64,000 nucleotides of DNA from Bacteroidales bacterium (GTDB taxonomy: Bacteria; Bacteroidota; Bacteroidia; Bacteroidales; ML635J-15): NCBI GenBank assembly GCA_017651185.1, contig JAGCDJ010000019.1, forward strand, positions 265,726 through 329,725, in the 5' to 3' direction. Within the stretch, counting starts at the first letter, position 1, and each line of letters opens with the position of its first letter. A program made the position numbers and the translations under genes. Below the pieces are notes generated by a model that ran no database searches, was not told the DNA's origin, and worked only from the letters and a program-made list of their open reading frames with translations. Shown here in pieces: positions 44,638 through 59,059 of this stretch.

Positions 44638-46587
44638 ATGGACGAATTATTAAACACCGAGAACTCTATTGAGAATGAAAACGAAGCACAAGTTGTTTCT
44701 GAAGTAGAACCCACAGCACAGGCAAGCGAACCTATTGTTGCAGAAACTGAACAGGATTTGCCTGATGAAAAAGTATTGGAAGAACAAGTGCCAGAAAACA
44801 TTATCCCCGAAATGCCGGAAGAAGTCGTACCGGAGGAAGAAGTGAACGAAGAAGACTTCGCTGCACTTAACAAAGAGGAAATCCTTGAAAAGATACGTTA
44901 TTACATACACGATTCTGAAAAGGATGATTGCAAGAAGGAAATCGATATCCTAAGGAAATTGTATTACGACAGACAACGTGAAGAGCACGAAAATATAAAG
45001 AGGGAATTGAGGGAAAAAGCCGGCGAAGGCGTTGAAATTGAAATGCCAAAGGATCCTACAGAAGATTACTTCAAGGAACTAATGGATGACTATCATAAGC
45101 AGCGTGCAGAACGTCTGCGTCGTCAGGAAGAAATAAAGGAGAAAAACTACGAGCAGAAAGTTGCCATTATAGAGAAAATCAAACAGTTGGGTACAAGCGA
45201 ATCTGTATCGCAGTCATACAACGACTTCAAGGCGTTGCAGAAGGAATGGATGGAAATAGGTCAGGTTCCTGCCGAAAAGAACAAGGAACTCTGGGAAAAC
45301 TACCAGATGCACGTTTCAAATTACTATACCTTGTTGAAAATAAACAGGGAACTTCGCGAACTCGACTACAAGAAGAACCTCGAGCAAAAGATTGCTTTGT
45401 GCGAAAGAATGGAAGAATTACTGCTTGAACCTAATATTTTGACAGCATACCGCAAGTCAATCGAACTTTTCAACGAATGGAAGGAAGTCGGTCCAGTTCC
45501 AAACGACAAGCGCGAGGAAATATGGGACAGATTCAATGAGGTGCGCACAAAGATATACAACAATTTCCACGAACACAACGAGAAGCAAAAGGCGGAACGC
45601 GAGCAGAACTATGAACAGAAGGTGCTGCTGTGCGAGAGAATCGAGGCAATGGTTGCCGACGATGCATTGCCTACAAATGGCAAAGATTGGCTTGTCGCTG
45701 GACAGAAAGTGCTTGAACTTCAAGCATTGTGGAAAACAATAGGCATGGTTCCTACTGCAGTAAACAATGAAATTTACGAAAGGTTCAGGGCCTCGTGCAA
45801 CAAATTCTTCGACAGAAAGAAAGAGTTCTTCGATAGGATGAACAGTGATTTGGAAGAAAACCTTCGCAAGAAAACCGAACTTTGCATTACAGCAGAATCG
45901 TTGCAGGATAGCACCGACTGGAAGAAAACCACTGAAATGTTTTACGACTTGCAGAAGAAATGGAAAGAAATCGGTCCTGCTCCAAAGAAGCATTCAGACC
46001 AGATATGGGGACGCTTCCGCGCAGCATGCAACAAGTTCTTCGATGCAAAGAGCCAGTTCTATTCAAACATCGAGGCCGAACATCAGATGAACCGTGAAAA
46101 GAAGGAAAACCTCATTTCGGAAGTAAAGGCATTTGTTCCCGTTGAAGATCAAGCACAAAATGTTGAGAAAATCAAGGAGTTCAGGACAAGATGGAACGAA
46201 ATCGGCTATGTTGCTTCTGCTGACAAGGACAGACTTTACAATGAATTCAAGGATGCAATCAACAAGATTTTCAGCACAATAAACATCAACCGCAACGACT
46301 TGGAACTTTCAAATTTCACATCGCAGGTTGAAATGCTGAAAGATGCAGGCGAAACAACGGCATTGCAGAAAGAAAGAAGCACAATCGTTCGCAAGATTCA
46401 GGACCTTACAGTGGAAATAGCACAAATCGAAAACAATCTCGGTTTCTTCTCTAGCGGTTCCGATTCTATTGTTCAAGAATTTAACAAGAAGATACAGAAA
46501 ATTAAAAACGAAATTTCAGTATTGAAGGAAAAGAAAAAAGCAATTGATATAGCAGAGAGGGAACTTAAAGGCACAGGCAATGAATAA
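44638..46587 (+). CDS. DUF349 repeat protein
   Basis: 649 aa with reiterated units carrying the W-x-E-I/V-G-x-V/A-P motif (EWMEIGQVP, EWKEVGPVP, LWKTIGMVP, KWKEIGPAP, RWNEIGYVA). Confidence 0.8.
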   Translation: MDELLNTENSIENENEAQVVSEVEPTAQASEPIVAETEQDLPDEKVLEEQVPENIIPEMPEEVVPEEEVNEEDFAALNKEEILEKIRYYIHDSEKDDCKKEIDILRKLYYDRQREEHENIKRELREKAGEGVEIEMPKDPTEDYFKELMDDYHKQRAERLRRQEEIKEKNYEQKVAIIEKIKQLGTSESVSQSYNDFKALQKEWMEIGQVPAEKNKELWENYQMHVSNYYTLLKINRELRELDYKKNLEQKIALCERMEELLLEPNILTAYRKSIELFNEWKEVGPVPNDKREEIWDRFNEVRTKIYNNFHEHNEKQKAEREQNYEQKVLLCERIEAMVADDALPTNGKDWLVAGQKVLELQALWKTIGMVPTAVNNEIYERFRASCNKFFDRKKEFFDRMNSDLEENLRKKTELCITAESLQDSTDWKKTTEMFYDLQKKWKEIGPAPKKHSDQIWGRFRAACNKFFDAKSQFYSNIEAEHQMNREKKENLISEVKAFVPVEDQAQNVEKIKEFRTRWNEIGYVASADKDRLYNEFKDAINKIFSTININRNDLELSNFTSQVEMLKDAGETTALQKERSTIVRKIQDLTVEIAQIENNLGFFSSGSDSIVQEFNKKIQKIKNEISVLKEKKKAIDIAERELKGTGNE

Positions 46588-48901
46588 GTTGTTTTCATTT
46601 TTCATATTTTTGGTTGCATTCCTAACGAGTGCAACCATGCTTTTTTCGCAGACCGGTACACTGAAGGGGTTCGTGATTGACAAGGAAAATGGTGAACCTT
46701 GCATGTTTGCCAACGTATCGATTCCGACGGGAAGCATAACGCTTGGGGCTTCAACAGATGCTAACGGTTATTTCTCAATACCTAAAATTCCTGTTGGCAC
46801 ACATACGATAACTATAACCTATCTCGGGTACACCGACATTACAGAAGAGTTCACGATAGCCAAGGAAGGACAACTTGTTTCCAAGAACTTCATGATGTCG
46901 AAGTCGGCAGTCGTACTACAGGAAACAGTCGTATCTGCAGAACGCGAGGAACAGAAGACACAAGTCAGGGCATCAATAATAAAGGTATCGCCGACACAGA
47001 TAAAGCAGTTGCCATCGGTAGGTGGCGAACCTGATATAGCACAGTTCCTGCAGGTGCTTCCTGGTGTTACATTTACTGGCGACCAAGGCGGACAACTTTA
47101 CATCAGAGGCGGTTCTAACATTCAGAACCTTGTGCTTATCGACGGAATGACAATCTACAATCCATTCCATTCCATCGGACTTTTCTCTGTGTTCGACTCT
47201 GACATTATCAGGAATGCTGATGTTTACACTGGCGGATTCAATGCTGAATATGGTGGACGTTCGTCGTCCGTTATGGACATTTCGATGAAGGATGGCAATT
47301 CCCGCAAGTTTGGCGGAAAGTTTTCAGCAAGCACCTTTGGTGCAAAACTGATGCTCGAAGGCCCAATTATTAAGTTCAAGGAAGGGAAAACCAGTTTGTC
47401 ATATATACTATCGGCAAAGACGTCATACCTTGAGCAGTCGTCCAAATATATATATAGGTATATTAACGATGGCAAAGGTCTCCCCTTCAATTTTACCGAC
47501 ATATACGGAAAACTTTCTCTTGCATCACCTGGTGGCAGCCGTGTCAATTTGTTCGGATTCAACTTCAACGACAATGTCAGTTATCAGGGGCTGAGCGATT
47601 TGCACTGGCGTACATTCGGCGTGGGCGGAAATGTGGTTGTCGTGCCACCAAGTTCATCAATGATGATAAAGGCGCATGTCTCCTACTCCAACTATGCTAT
47701 ATCAATGCAGGCACTTGAAAATTATCCGAGCGCAAGTTCTATAAATGGGTTCAACGTAGGTCTCGACTTCATATACCACATGGGAAAGAACGATCTCACC
47801 TGGGGACTTGAGATGCTTGGCTTTGCAACCGACTACGACTATTTCAACTCGGTTGGAAGAGAACTTTCGCAGGAAGAATACAGTACCGAACTTGCTGCTT
47901 TTGCAAAGTACAAATGGAACCTTGGTAGCGTCGTCATCGAACCTGGATTCAGGTTGCACTACTATGCATCAATGGGTTCCGTTTCGCCAGAACCTCGTCT
48001 CGGTGTGAAGTACAATGTAGTGGAAAAGTTCAGACTTAAGTTGGCTGCTGGTTTGTATTCGCAGAACCTTGTCGCTGCAAATAGCGACCGTGATGTAGTA
48101 AATCTTTTCTATGGATTCTTAAGCGGAAACTTGCCAAGTATGCCCGACACCTACAAGGGTGAAATATTGAAAACCAAACTGCAGAAGTCGGAACATATAA
48201 TTTTTGGATTCGAGTGGGATATTGTCAACTCGTTGAACCTTAACGTTGAGGGTTACCTGAAGAACTTCGACCAGATAACCACTATAAACAGGAATAAGAT
48301 ATACGATGACAACACAACCAACGCTTCGCGTCCCGACTACCAGAAAAAAGACTTTATGGTTGAATCGGGATATGCCTACGGCGTTGACTTCCTGCTGAAG
48401 TACGACACTGAAAAATGGTATGTCTGGGCTGTATATTCGCTAGGTTGGGTTCGCAGGTTCGACGGTGTGGAAACATACGCGCCAAACTATGACCGCCGTC
48501 ACAACGTAAATCTTGTTGTAACATACAGGTTCGGAAAGCATAACACATGGAACGCCAGCGCGAGATGGAACTATGGTTCTGGATTCCCGTTCACACTTAC
48601 ATCGGCATTATACGAAAACGTTGATTTCTCTAACGGAATCAACTCGCAATACTGGTCAAACAACGGTACGCTCGGCGTTGCATATTCGGAACTCAACACA
48701 GGTCGACTGCCTAACTATCACCGTCTTGACCTTACCATTAACAAGACATTCCTCTTCGAGCATGATATGAAACTGGAAATCAACCTCGGAGTAACGAATG
48801 TATATAACCGTGCAAATATATTTTATTTTGATAGACTTGAGTATAATCGCGTTGACCAATTGCCGATTATGCCAAGCTTTGGATTGAACTTTACATTTTA
48901 A
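46580..48901 (+). CDS. TonB-dependent receptor with an N-terminal carboxypeptidase-regulatory-like domain
   Basis: Signal peptide, GTLKGFVIDKENGEPCMFANVSI, a plug region (IRGGSNIQNLVLIDGMTIYNP), and a beta-barrel ending ...GLNFTF. Confidence 0.85.
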   Translation: MNKLFSFFIFLVAFLTSATMLFSQTGTLKGFVIDKENGEPCMFANVSIPTGSITLGASTDANGYFSIPKIPVGTHTITITYLGYTDITEEFTIAKEGQLVSKNFMMSKSAVVLQETVVSAEREEQKTQVRASIIKVSPTQIKQLPSVGGEPDIAQFLQVLPGVTFTGDQGGQLYIRGGSNIQNLVLIDGMTIYNPFHSIGLFSVFDSDIIRNADVYTGGFNAEYGGRSSSVMDISMKDGNSRKFGGKFSASTFGAKLMLEGPIIKFKEGKTSLSYILSAKTSYLEQSSKYIYRYINDGKGLPFNFTDIYGKLSLASPGGSRVNLFGFNFNDNVSYQGLSDLHWRTFGVGGNVVVVPPSSSMMIKAHVSYSNYAISMQALENYPSASSINGFNVGLDFIYHMGKNDLTWGLEMLGFATDYDYFNSVGRELSQEEYSTELAAFAKYKWNLGSVVIEPGFRLHYYASMGSVSPEPRLGVKYNVVEKFRLKLAAGLYSQNLVAANSDRDVVNLFYGFLSGNLPSMPDTYKGEILKTKLQKSEHIIFGFEWDIVNSLNLNVEGYLKNFDQITTINRNKIYDDNTTNASRPDYQKKDFMVESGYAYGVDFLLKYDTEKWYVWAVYSLGWVRRFDGVETYAPNYDRRHNVNLVVTYRFGKHNTWNASARWNYGSGFPFTLTSALYENVDFSNGINSQYWSNNGTLGVAYSELNTGRLPNYHRLDLTINKTFLFEHDMKLEINLGVTNVYNRANIFYFDRLEYNRVDQLPIMPSFGLNFTF

Positions 48902-50518
<1,617 letters not shown>

Positions 50519-50523
50519 TTTAT

Positions 50524-52470
50524 ATGGATAAGAATACAATCATTGGGCTTGTTATCATAAGCGTGCTGCTGATTGGCTACATGTTCCTCTCGCGTCCGAG
50601 CCAAGAGGAAATTGCAGAACGCCAGCGCATACAGGATTCCATAGCCCATGAGCAGATGGTAAAGGAAGAAGAAGCAAAGATTGCAGCCGAACTGCTTAAG
50701 GAAGAAACCGAAAAAGCAGAAAAGGAAGCCGCTGAATTGGCCGATTCTTTGAGTCCCGAACAATTAGATTCTATTAAGAATGTAAAACTCCGCAACGATT
50801 ATGGCATTTTCGCGAAATCAGTAACAGGCGAAAACACGTTTACCGTTATCGAGAACAATAAGATGATTATCAAGTTCTTGAACAAAGGTGGAAAAATATA
50901 TTCAGTTGAATTGAAAGATTATGTAACTTTCAACCAGGAACCTCTTATTCTGTTTGAGAACGACGAAAACTCCACTTTTGGTATTGTTCTTTCTGTAAAT
51001 GGCAAGCCGTTGGTTACAAACAATATGTATTTTGAACCTCTTCTTGCAGAGGGGAAAACACCATCGGCAGACACAATCAAGGTCGGCAGCGAAGACATGA
51101 ATTTCATCATGAGACTATCAGCCGATGCAGGAAAATACATTGAATACAATTACACCATCCATCCCGATGACTATATGCTCGACTTTAACCTGAACATTGT
51201 CGGACTAAAGGATGAAATAAAGGACAACACTAGCACCAGAATGCAATGGTATGTTGACGTGTTCGCCCTTGAAAGAGGTCGTGATTGGGAATCCAACAAT
51301 ACAACAGTCTTTATGCGCATGTCGGATGAGGAAATTGAAAACCTCAACGAAATGAAGGATGCCGATAACTATGAGACCAAAGGAAGTGCTCAATGGATTG
51401 CGTACAAGCAGCAGTTCTTCTCCTCTATCTTAATTTCCAAGGATAATGCACTTGGCGATCCAAAAATTTCATTGGTAAAACTTGATGAAAAAGAACACCC
51501 AAAAACCTTGAAGACATTCAAGTCTGATGCATTCATCGACATTCCCGACGAGCAGAAGATTTCAAAGGAATTCAGTTTCTACTTTGGACCAAACAAATAC
51601 TCGTTGCTCAAGGACTACGACATGGATATGGAAAAGGTCATTCCGCTTGGCTGGGGAATTTTTGGCTGGGTAAACAAGTATGCAATTATTCCGATGTTCA
51701 ATTTGCTAGGTCGTGGAATTGCCAACTACGGCATCATAATCTTGCTTATGACTATCATAATCAAGGTTGTACTCTTCCCGTTGACTTACAAATCGTACAT
51801 GTCAACCGCCAAGATGCGTGTGCTGAAACCACAACTTGATGAAATTGCGGCAAAATATCCTAAAGGCAAGGAAATGGAACGCCAGCAGGCACAAATGAGT
51901 CTCTACCAGAAAGCAGGCGTTAGCCCTATGGGCGGCTGTTTGCCGTTGCTGCTTCAGTTTCCAATACTTATAGCAATGTTCCGCTTCTTCCCTGCATCAA
52001 TCGAATTGCGTCAGCAGTCATTCCTTTGGGCATCAGACCTTTCGTCGTATGATGCAATATTGGAATGGAGCACCAACATACCTATAATTTCTTCGCTTTA
52101 TGGAAATCATGTCAGTCTTTTCGCATTGCTTATGGCAATTTCGATGTTCGTACAGCAAAAGATGACAAGCAGTCAGAATCCAAGTAACTCAATGCCAGGC
52201 ATGAAGGTTATGATGTGGATGATGCCAGTGCTTATGTTATTGTGGTTCAACAAGTATTCGTCAGGATTGAGCTACTACTACCTGCTTGCAAACTTGTTCA
52301 GCATCTTGCAGACATGGATAATTCAGCGTTTCGTTGTAAACGAAGAAAAACTTCTTGCACAGATGGAAGCAAACAAGGCAAAACCAAAGAAAAAATCGAA
52401 ATGGATGCAGAAACTTGAAGAGGCATCTCGTAAGCAGCAGGAAGAAATGAGAAAACAGCAAAAAAGGTAA
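50524..52470 (+). CDS. yidC: membrane protein insertase YidC
   Basis: 648 aa with an N-terminal TM span, a large periplasmic domain, and a C-terminal 60-kDa IMP core (KMRVLKPQLDEIAAKY...GCLPLLLQFPILIAMF). Confidence 0.9.
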   Translation: MDKNTIIGLVIISVLLIGYMFLSRPSQEEIAERQRIQDSIAHEQMVKEEEAKIAAELLKEETEKAEKEAAELADSLSPEQLDSIKNVKLRNDYGIFAKSVTGENTFTVIENNKMIIKFLNKGGKIYSVELKDYVTFNQEPLILFENDENSTFGIVLSVNGKPLVTNNMYFEPLLAEGKTPSADTIKVGSEDMNFIMRLSADAGKYIEYNYTIHPDDYMLDFNLNIVGLKDEIKDNTSTRMQWYVDVFALERGRDWESNNTTVFMRMSDEEIENLNEMKDADNYETKGSAQWIAYKQQFFSSILISKDNALGDPKISLVKLDEKEHPKTLKTFKSDAFIDIPDEQKISKEFSFYFGPNKYSLLKDYDMDMEKVIPLGWGIFGWVNKYAIIPMFNLLGRGIANYGIIILLMTIIIKVVLFPLTYKSYMSTAKMRVLKPQLDEIAAKYPKGKEMERQQAQMSLYQKAGVSPMGGCLPLLLQFPILIAMFRFFPASIELRQQSFLWASDLSSYDAILEWSTNIPIISSLYGNHVSLFALLMAISMFVQQKMTSSQNPSNSMPGMKVMMWMMPVLMLLWFNKYSSGLSYYYLLANLFSILQTWIIQRFVVNEEKLLAQMEANKAKPKKKSKWMQKLEEASRKQQEEMRKQQKR

Positions 52471-52501
52471 CGAATCATAAGTAAGTTTTTAGTAAGTTAG
52501 T

Positions 52502-52529
52502 AAAAACACCGGCGAAAGTCGGTGTTTTT
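52502..52529. terminator. intrinsic terminator after yidC
   Basis: AAAAACACCGGC-GAAA-GTCGGTGTTTTT, a GNRA-type loop followed by a T-run. Confidence 0.8.
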
Positions 52530-52550
52530 TTCTCATATTGTTGGTAAACA

Positions 52551-52581
52551 AAAAAGGTTTGGAAAATATCCAAACCTTTTT
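52551..52581. terminator. intrinsic terminator after korB (minus strand)
   Basis: AAAAAGGTTTGGA-AAATA-TCCAAACCTTTTT, a perfect 13-bp stem. Confidence 0.75.
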
Positions 52582-52606
52582 TGTAGATACATTATCAAAT
52601 ATTAAC

Positions 52607-53614
52607 TTACTTAATTTCAAATATTTGACCGCTGTGAAGCAACTGGTCAACAGTCTTAACCTTGGTATTTGCGACTGCTGTGTCAACTTGCTCCTGCAAC
52701 TTGGTTTCATAAGTTGCATCGTCAACGCTACGGATAACGCCGATTGCCAACGGGTAAGTCATCTTTGCAAGCAGATAGTGAATGCTCGGATTCTTGGTTG
52801 TCATGTCGTGAACGAGGATATCCTTTTCGGTTATGCCGTTTTCACCAATCTTAACAACCTTGAGGTCAGCACCTTCGAGAACAAGACCTTTGTCGCGTTC
52901 CTTACCGAAAATCATTGGCTTGCCGTGTTCGAGCATAACAACATTTTCGTCACGAACGTCCTTACCGATAATGCTTTCGTGAATCTTATCATTGAAAATT
53001 ACGCAGTTCTGCAAAACTTCAACGATTGATGCGCCCTTGTGAGCATTTGCTGCTATCAAGGTCTTTTCAAGATTGCGCGGTTCCTTGTCGATTACTCTTG
53101 CGAAGAAGTTTCCTTCTGCACCAATAACAAGTTCGCCCGGCTTGAAAGGATTCTCGATTGTTCCATCAGGAGACGACTTTGTAATCGAACCGTAAGGAGT
53201 TGTCGGAGAATACTGTCCCTTTGTCAAACCATAAATCTTATTGTTGAATACCAACACGTTGATGTCGATATTTCTGCGAATCAAATGAATGAAATGGTTT
53301 CCACCGATAGCCATCGAGTCACCGTCGCCAGTAGCAAGCCAAACGTTGAGGTCTGGACGAGCCGACTTAAGACCAGATGCTATAGCAGCACCTCTTCCGT
53401 GCAATGTATGGAAGCCGTAAGTTTTCATGTAGTACGGGAATCGTGACGAGCAGCCAATACCTGACACGAACACTATCTTTTCCTTTGGAACGCCAATCTG
53501 GGGAAGAGCATTCTGCACTGCAGCCAAAATTGAATAACTACCACAACCTGCACACCATTTTACTGGTCCTGCGGTCTGAAAGTCTTCTCTTGTAAGTTTC
53601 TGTACTTCTTCCAT
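52607..53614 (-). CDS. korB: 2-oxoglutarate/2-oxoacid:ferredoxin oxidoreductase, beta subunit
   Basis: TPP-binding GDGDSMAIGGNH and N-terminal WCAGCGSY. Confidence 0.85.
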   Translation of the reverse strand: MEEVQKLTREDFQTAGPVKWCAGCGSYSILAAVQNALPQIGVPKEKIVFVSGIGCSSRFPYYMKTYGFHTLHGRGAAIASGLKSARPDLNVWLATGDGDSMAIGGNHFIHLIRRNIDINVLVFNNKIYGLTKGQYSPTTPYGSITKSSPDGTIENPFKPGELVIGAEGNFFARVIDKEPRNLEKTLIAANAHKGASIVEVLQNCVIFNDKIHESIIGKDVRDENVVMLEHGKPMIFGKERDKGLVLEGADLKVVKIGENGITEKDILVHDMTTKNPSIHYLLAKMTYPLAIGVIRSVDDATYETKLQEQVDTAVANTKVKTVDQLLHSGQIFEIK

Positions 53615-53619
53615 AACTA

Positions 53620-55476
53620 TTATTTTTGTAACATTTGTTTAAACTTCTCTTTCAATTCACTAATAAAGAACGGCAAACCCTGTACCTTGTTGTACTGTTC
53701 GTACGGATACTGCGGGAACTGGGTACGCAGATAGTCTGCAAACTGACCGAGGTTCAATTCGCATACAACACGTTTCTTGAATTTCTTCAAAACATCCTCA
53801 GTATTCTTTGGCAACGGGAAAATGTAGTTGAAATGTGCCAAGCTTACATCGTAACCTTCTTCGCGCAATTCCTTAACTGCCATATTCAATGCGCCGAAAG
53901 TACCACCCCAACCTATTACGAGGAGTTCACCACCGTTCTGGCTGCCTATGATTTCCTGTTCTGGAATATAGTTGGCAATGCGTTTTACCTTTTCTGCCCT
54001 GTATTCGGTCATAATCTGGTGGTTCATAGGATCGTGTGAAACATCACCGTAAACATCAGACTTTTCAAGACCACCGATTCTGTGTTCCAAGCCCTTCTGA
54101 CCTGGCAAAGCCCATCTGCGGTTCAGCTTTTCAGCATCACGCTTGTATGGCTGATATTCTGGATCGTTGTCCTTTACGAAGGGAGGAACAATCTTTGGCA
54201 TTGCTTCGTAGTTGGGGATTTCCCACAATTCGGTACCGTTTGCCAAATAGCCGTCGGTAAGGAGGATAACTGGAGTCATGTGTTCAACAGCAATCTTGCA
54301 AGCTTCGTAAGCGTAGTTGAAGCAGTTGCCCGGAGTTGAAGCAGCGATTACAGGCATAGGTGATTCACCGTGACGTCCATGGATTGCCTGAAGCAAGTCG
54401 CTCTGTTCGGTCTTGGTTGGCAAACCTGTTGAAGGACCACCACGCTGAACATCAACGATTACCAATGGCAATTCGGTGATAACTGCCAAACCAGCAGCTT
54501 CGGTCTTAAGTGCGAGACCAGGACCTGATGTCGAGGTTACACCAAGATTTCCACCGAAACTTGCACCGATAGCAGTACAAATACCAGCAATTTCGTCTTC
54601 TGCCTGGAATGTCTTAACACCCAAATGTTTGTGCTTGCACAATTCGTGAAGAATATCCGAAGCTGGAGTAATAGGATAAGAACCGAGGAAGAGCTTCAAT
54701 CCTGCCTTCTCAGCACCTGCCATCAAACCCCATGCTGTTGCTGTGTTACCTGTAATCTGACGGAAAGAACCCTTCTTGCCAGCAACCGGCTTTACATAGA
54801 ACTGAGTTGCAATAGCTTCGAGAGTATCAGCATAGTTGTAACCAGCGTGAAGAACTGCTACGTTCGGAGCAATCAAAGCGGGTTTCTTTGCGAACTTCTT
54901 CTCGATGAATTCTTCTTCAACCTTCATGTTGCGGTTGAACAACCAAATAAGCATACCCATAACGAACTGGTTACGAGTCTTGTCGGCTGTCTTAACATCG
55001 ATTCCGAGGTTGAGGTCGCTTACTGTAGAACGCGACAACGAAGTTATCGGAGCCTTAATGACTGTATAATCGTCAAGGTCGCTGCTCTGCAAAGGATCGT
55101 AGTCGTAACCTGCCTTTTCGCAGTGCTTCTGGTCGAAGCTGTCAACATCAACTATGATTGTTGCGCCCGGTTTTACCCACTTCATGTTGGTCTTCAAAGC
55201 AGCTGGATTCATTGCGATAAGCACATCGGCAAGGTCGCCAGGAGTCTGAACTTCCTTTGCTCCGATATGTACCTGGAATCCAGAAACACCTGCAACAGTA
55301 CCTTGAGGTGCTCTGATTTCTGCCGGATAGTCCGGGAATGTTAATAATTCGTTTCCAAATGAAGCTGAAGCATCTGAAAACTGAGTGCCTGTAAGCTGCA
55401 TTCCGTCGCCTGAGTCGCCAGCGAACTTTATTACAACTTCTTCAAGTTCTACTATTTTCTTTTGTTTGTCAGTCAT
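53620..55476 (-). CDS. korA: 2-oxoglutarate/2-oxoacid:ferredoxin oxidoreductase, alpha subunit
   Basis: 618 aa with POR-type domains (GDSGDGMQLTG..., GSYPITPASDILH). Sits 5 nt upstream of korB. Confidence 0.85.
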   Translation of the reverse strand: MTDKQKKIVELEEVVIKFAGDSGDGMQLTGTQFSDASASFGNELLTFPDYPAEIRAPQGTVAGVSGFQVHIGAKEVQTPGDLADVLIAMNPAALKTNMKWVKPGATIIVDVDSFDQKHCEKAGYDYDPLQSSDLDDYTVIKAPITSLSRSTVSDLNLGIDVKTADKTRNQFVMGMLIWLFNRNMKVEEEFIEKKFAKKPALIAPNVAVLHAGYNYADTLEAIATQFYVKPVAGKKGSFRQITGNTATAWGLMAGAEKAGLKLFLGSYPITPASDILHELCKHKHLGVKTFQAEDEIAGICTAIGASFGGNLGVTSTSGPGLALKTEAAGLAVITELPLVIVDVQRGGPSTGLPTKTEQSDLLQAIHGRHGESPMPVIAASTPGNCFNYAYEACKIAVEHMTPVILLTDGYLANGTELWEIPNYEAMPKIVPPFVKDNDPEYQPYKRDAEKLNRRWALPGQKGLEHRIGGLEKSDVYGDVSHDPMNHQIMTEYRAEKVKRIANYIPEQEIIGSQNGGELLVIGWGGTFGALNMAVKELREEGYDVSLAHFNYIFPLPKNTEDVLKKFKKRVVCELNLGQFADYLRTQFPQYPYEQYNKVQGLPFFISELKEKFKQMLQK

Positions 55477-55501
55477 TGCTGTGTATTTAAAAATTTTACC
55501 G

Positions 55502-55509
55502 CAAATTTA
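55502..55509 (-). promoter_or_regulatory. -7 promoter box (TAAATTTG) for korAB
   Basis: Plus-strand caaattta, 26 nt upstream of the ATG at 55476. Confidence 0.45.
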
Positions 55510-55561
55510 TATTCTTTTAAATCAATTACAATCGCTTTTTTAGTTGTTATACAACACATAT

Positions 55562-57556
<1,995 letters not shown>

Positions 57557-57576
57557 TTATTTTCTAAAAACGTGTG

Positions 57577-57584
57577 CAAAGGTA
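57577..57584 (-). promoter_or_regulatory. -7 promoter box (TACCTTTG) for gyrB
   Basis: Plus-strand caaaggta, 30 nt upstream of the ATG at 57547. Confidence 0.45.
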
Positions 57585-57738
57585 ACAATTTTCCAACGGA
57601 AAAACGAAGTTTTTAAAGATAGTTATTAACCAAAACAAAAGTGGAAAGTTGAAAAAAAATCGAATTAATAATTTATTAATTATCAGCAGAATATAAATAT
57701 GATAAATTTTTCTAGGCAACAGATTCGGTTTTTGTGCC

Positions 57739-57746
57739 TATATTTG
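57739..57746 (+). promoter_or_regulatory. -7 promoter box (TATATTTG) for the methyltransferase/McrBC-like operon
   Basis: Matches TAnnTTTG, 60 nt upstream of the ATG at 57806. Confidence 0.4.
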
Positions 57747-57805
57747 TAGCGATATATATTTTTATACAAATATGATTGTGCTAGTGGTTCCAAATAATTC
57801 TGAAA

Positions 57806-59029
57806 ATGATACGAAAAGGTTTTAAATTCATTGATTTGTTTTGTGGAATTGGAGGGTTTCACCAGGCAATGACATCCCTTGGTGGAAAATGCGTTTTTGC
57901 TAGCGACATAGATAAGGAATGCCAGAAAACATATAGAGAGAACTATGGCATTGAAGTTATTGGCGACATAACAAAAGTAGACGCAAAAGACATTGAACCG
58001 TTCAACGTACTATGTGCAGGATTTCCATGCCAGGCATTTTCACATGCTGGCAAACAACTGGGATTCAACGACCAGACACGTGGCACCCTGTTCTTTGATG
58101 TAATCCGCATAGCCAAGCATCATAAACCAGAATACATGTTGCTTGAGAACGTAAAGAATCTGGCCATGCACGACAACGGCCACACATGGCAAGTTATATA
58201 CGACACCATACAGGCTGCTGGATACAATGTCCTTAAGGACCCCGTCATTTTCAGTCCCCATTTCATTGGTCTCCCGCAAAACCGCGAACGTGTTTTCATC
58301 ATGTGCATAAGAAAAGATGTCGGCGACATACCAGAGTTTGCTTTCGACGTAAAGAAAAATGACTTGCCCAAATGCTCTATTGAGGACATCCTTCTTGACG
58401 ATTCAGAAATCCCCAACATTGAAAAATACCGAATCAACCAGAAACAGATAGATTTGATAAACCTATGGGACGACCTTATAAAAGGTGTAAAATGCGACTT
58501 GCCCGGTTGTCCAATATATGGAGAATTTCTTGTGCCGTCCACAATGGAAATCCCTGGATTTGACGATTTCCCTGCATGGAAAAAAGACTATGCCACAAAG
58601 AATGTCGCTTACTACCTGAAACATAAGACTTTTATTGACGGATGGATGAAACGTGCGGAGAAGGTCGAAATGTACCAGAATACGCGGAGACATCTTGAAT
58701 GGCAGACATACCGCGGCGAAAACGAATCGATGTGGAACCATATCATGCAATTCCGCCAATCGGGTCTGAGGGTAAAGCGTCCAACCTACTTCCCCGCCCT
58801 TGTTGCAATTGTCCAGACTTCAATTCTTGCCATGCGCAAGAGATACATTGTGCCAAGAGAATGTGCAAGAATACAGAGTTTTCCCGACACTTTCAAGATT
58901 AACCCCGACGACCACATCGCTTACAAGCAATTTGGAAATTCAGTAAATGTTGAGGTTGTGAAACTATTCGCCAAGTATTTGTTTGGCGACAAAAAGACAA
59001 GAGAAAAATATACAAAATACAATAACTAA
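57806..59029 (+). CDS. dcm: DNA (cytosine-5)-methyltransferase
   Basis: Motif I FIDLFCGIGGF, motif IV GFPCQAFS, ENVKNL, QNRERVF, and C-terminal FGNSV. Confidence 0.92.
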   Translation: MIRKGFKFIDLFCGIGGFHQAMTSLGGKCVFASDIDKECQKTYRENYGIEVIGDITKVDAKDIEPFNVLCAGFPCQAFSHAGKQLGFNDQTRGTLFFDVIRIAKHHKPEYMLLENVKNLAMHDNGHTWQVIYDTIQAAGYNVLKDPVIFSPHFIGLPQNRERVFIMCIRKDVGDIPEFAFDVKKNDLPKCSIEDILLDDSEIPNIEKYRINQKQIDLINLWDDLIKGVKCDLPGCPIYGEFLVPSTMEIPGFDDFPAWKKDYATKNVAYYLKHKTFIDGWMKRAEKVEMYQNTRRHLEWQTYRGENESMWNHIMQFRQSGLRVKRPTYFPALVAIVQTSILAMRKRYIVPRECARIQSFPDTFKINPDDHIAYKQFGNSVNVEVVKLFAKYLFGDKKTREKYTKYNN

Positions 59030-59059
59030 TTTTGCTTTACAGATTAATTGTTAATAATT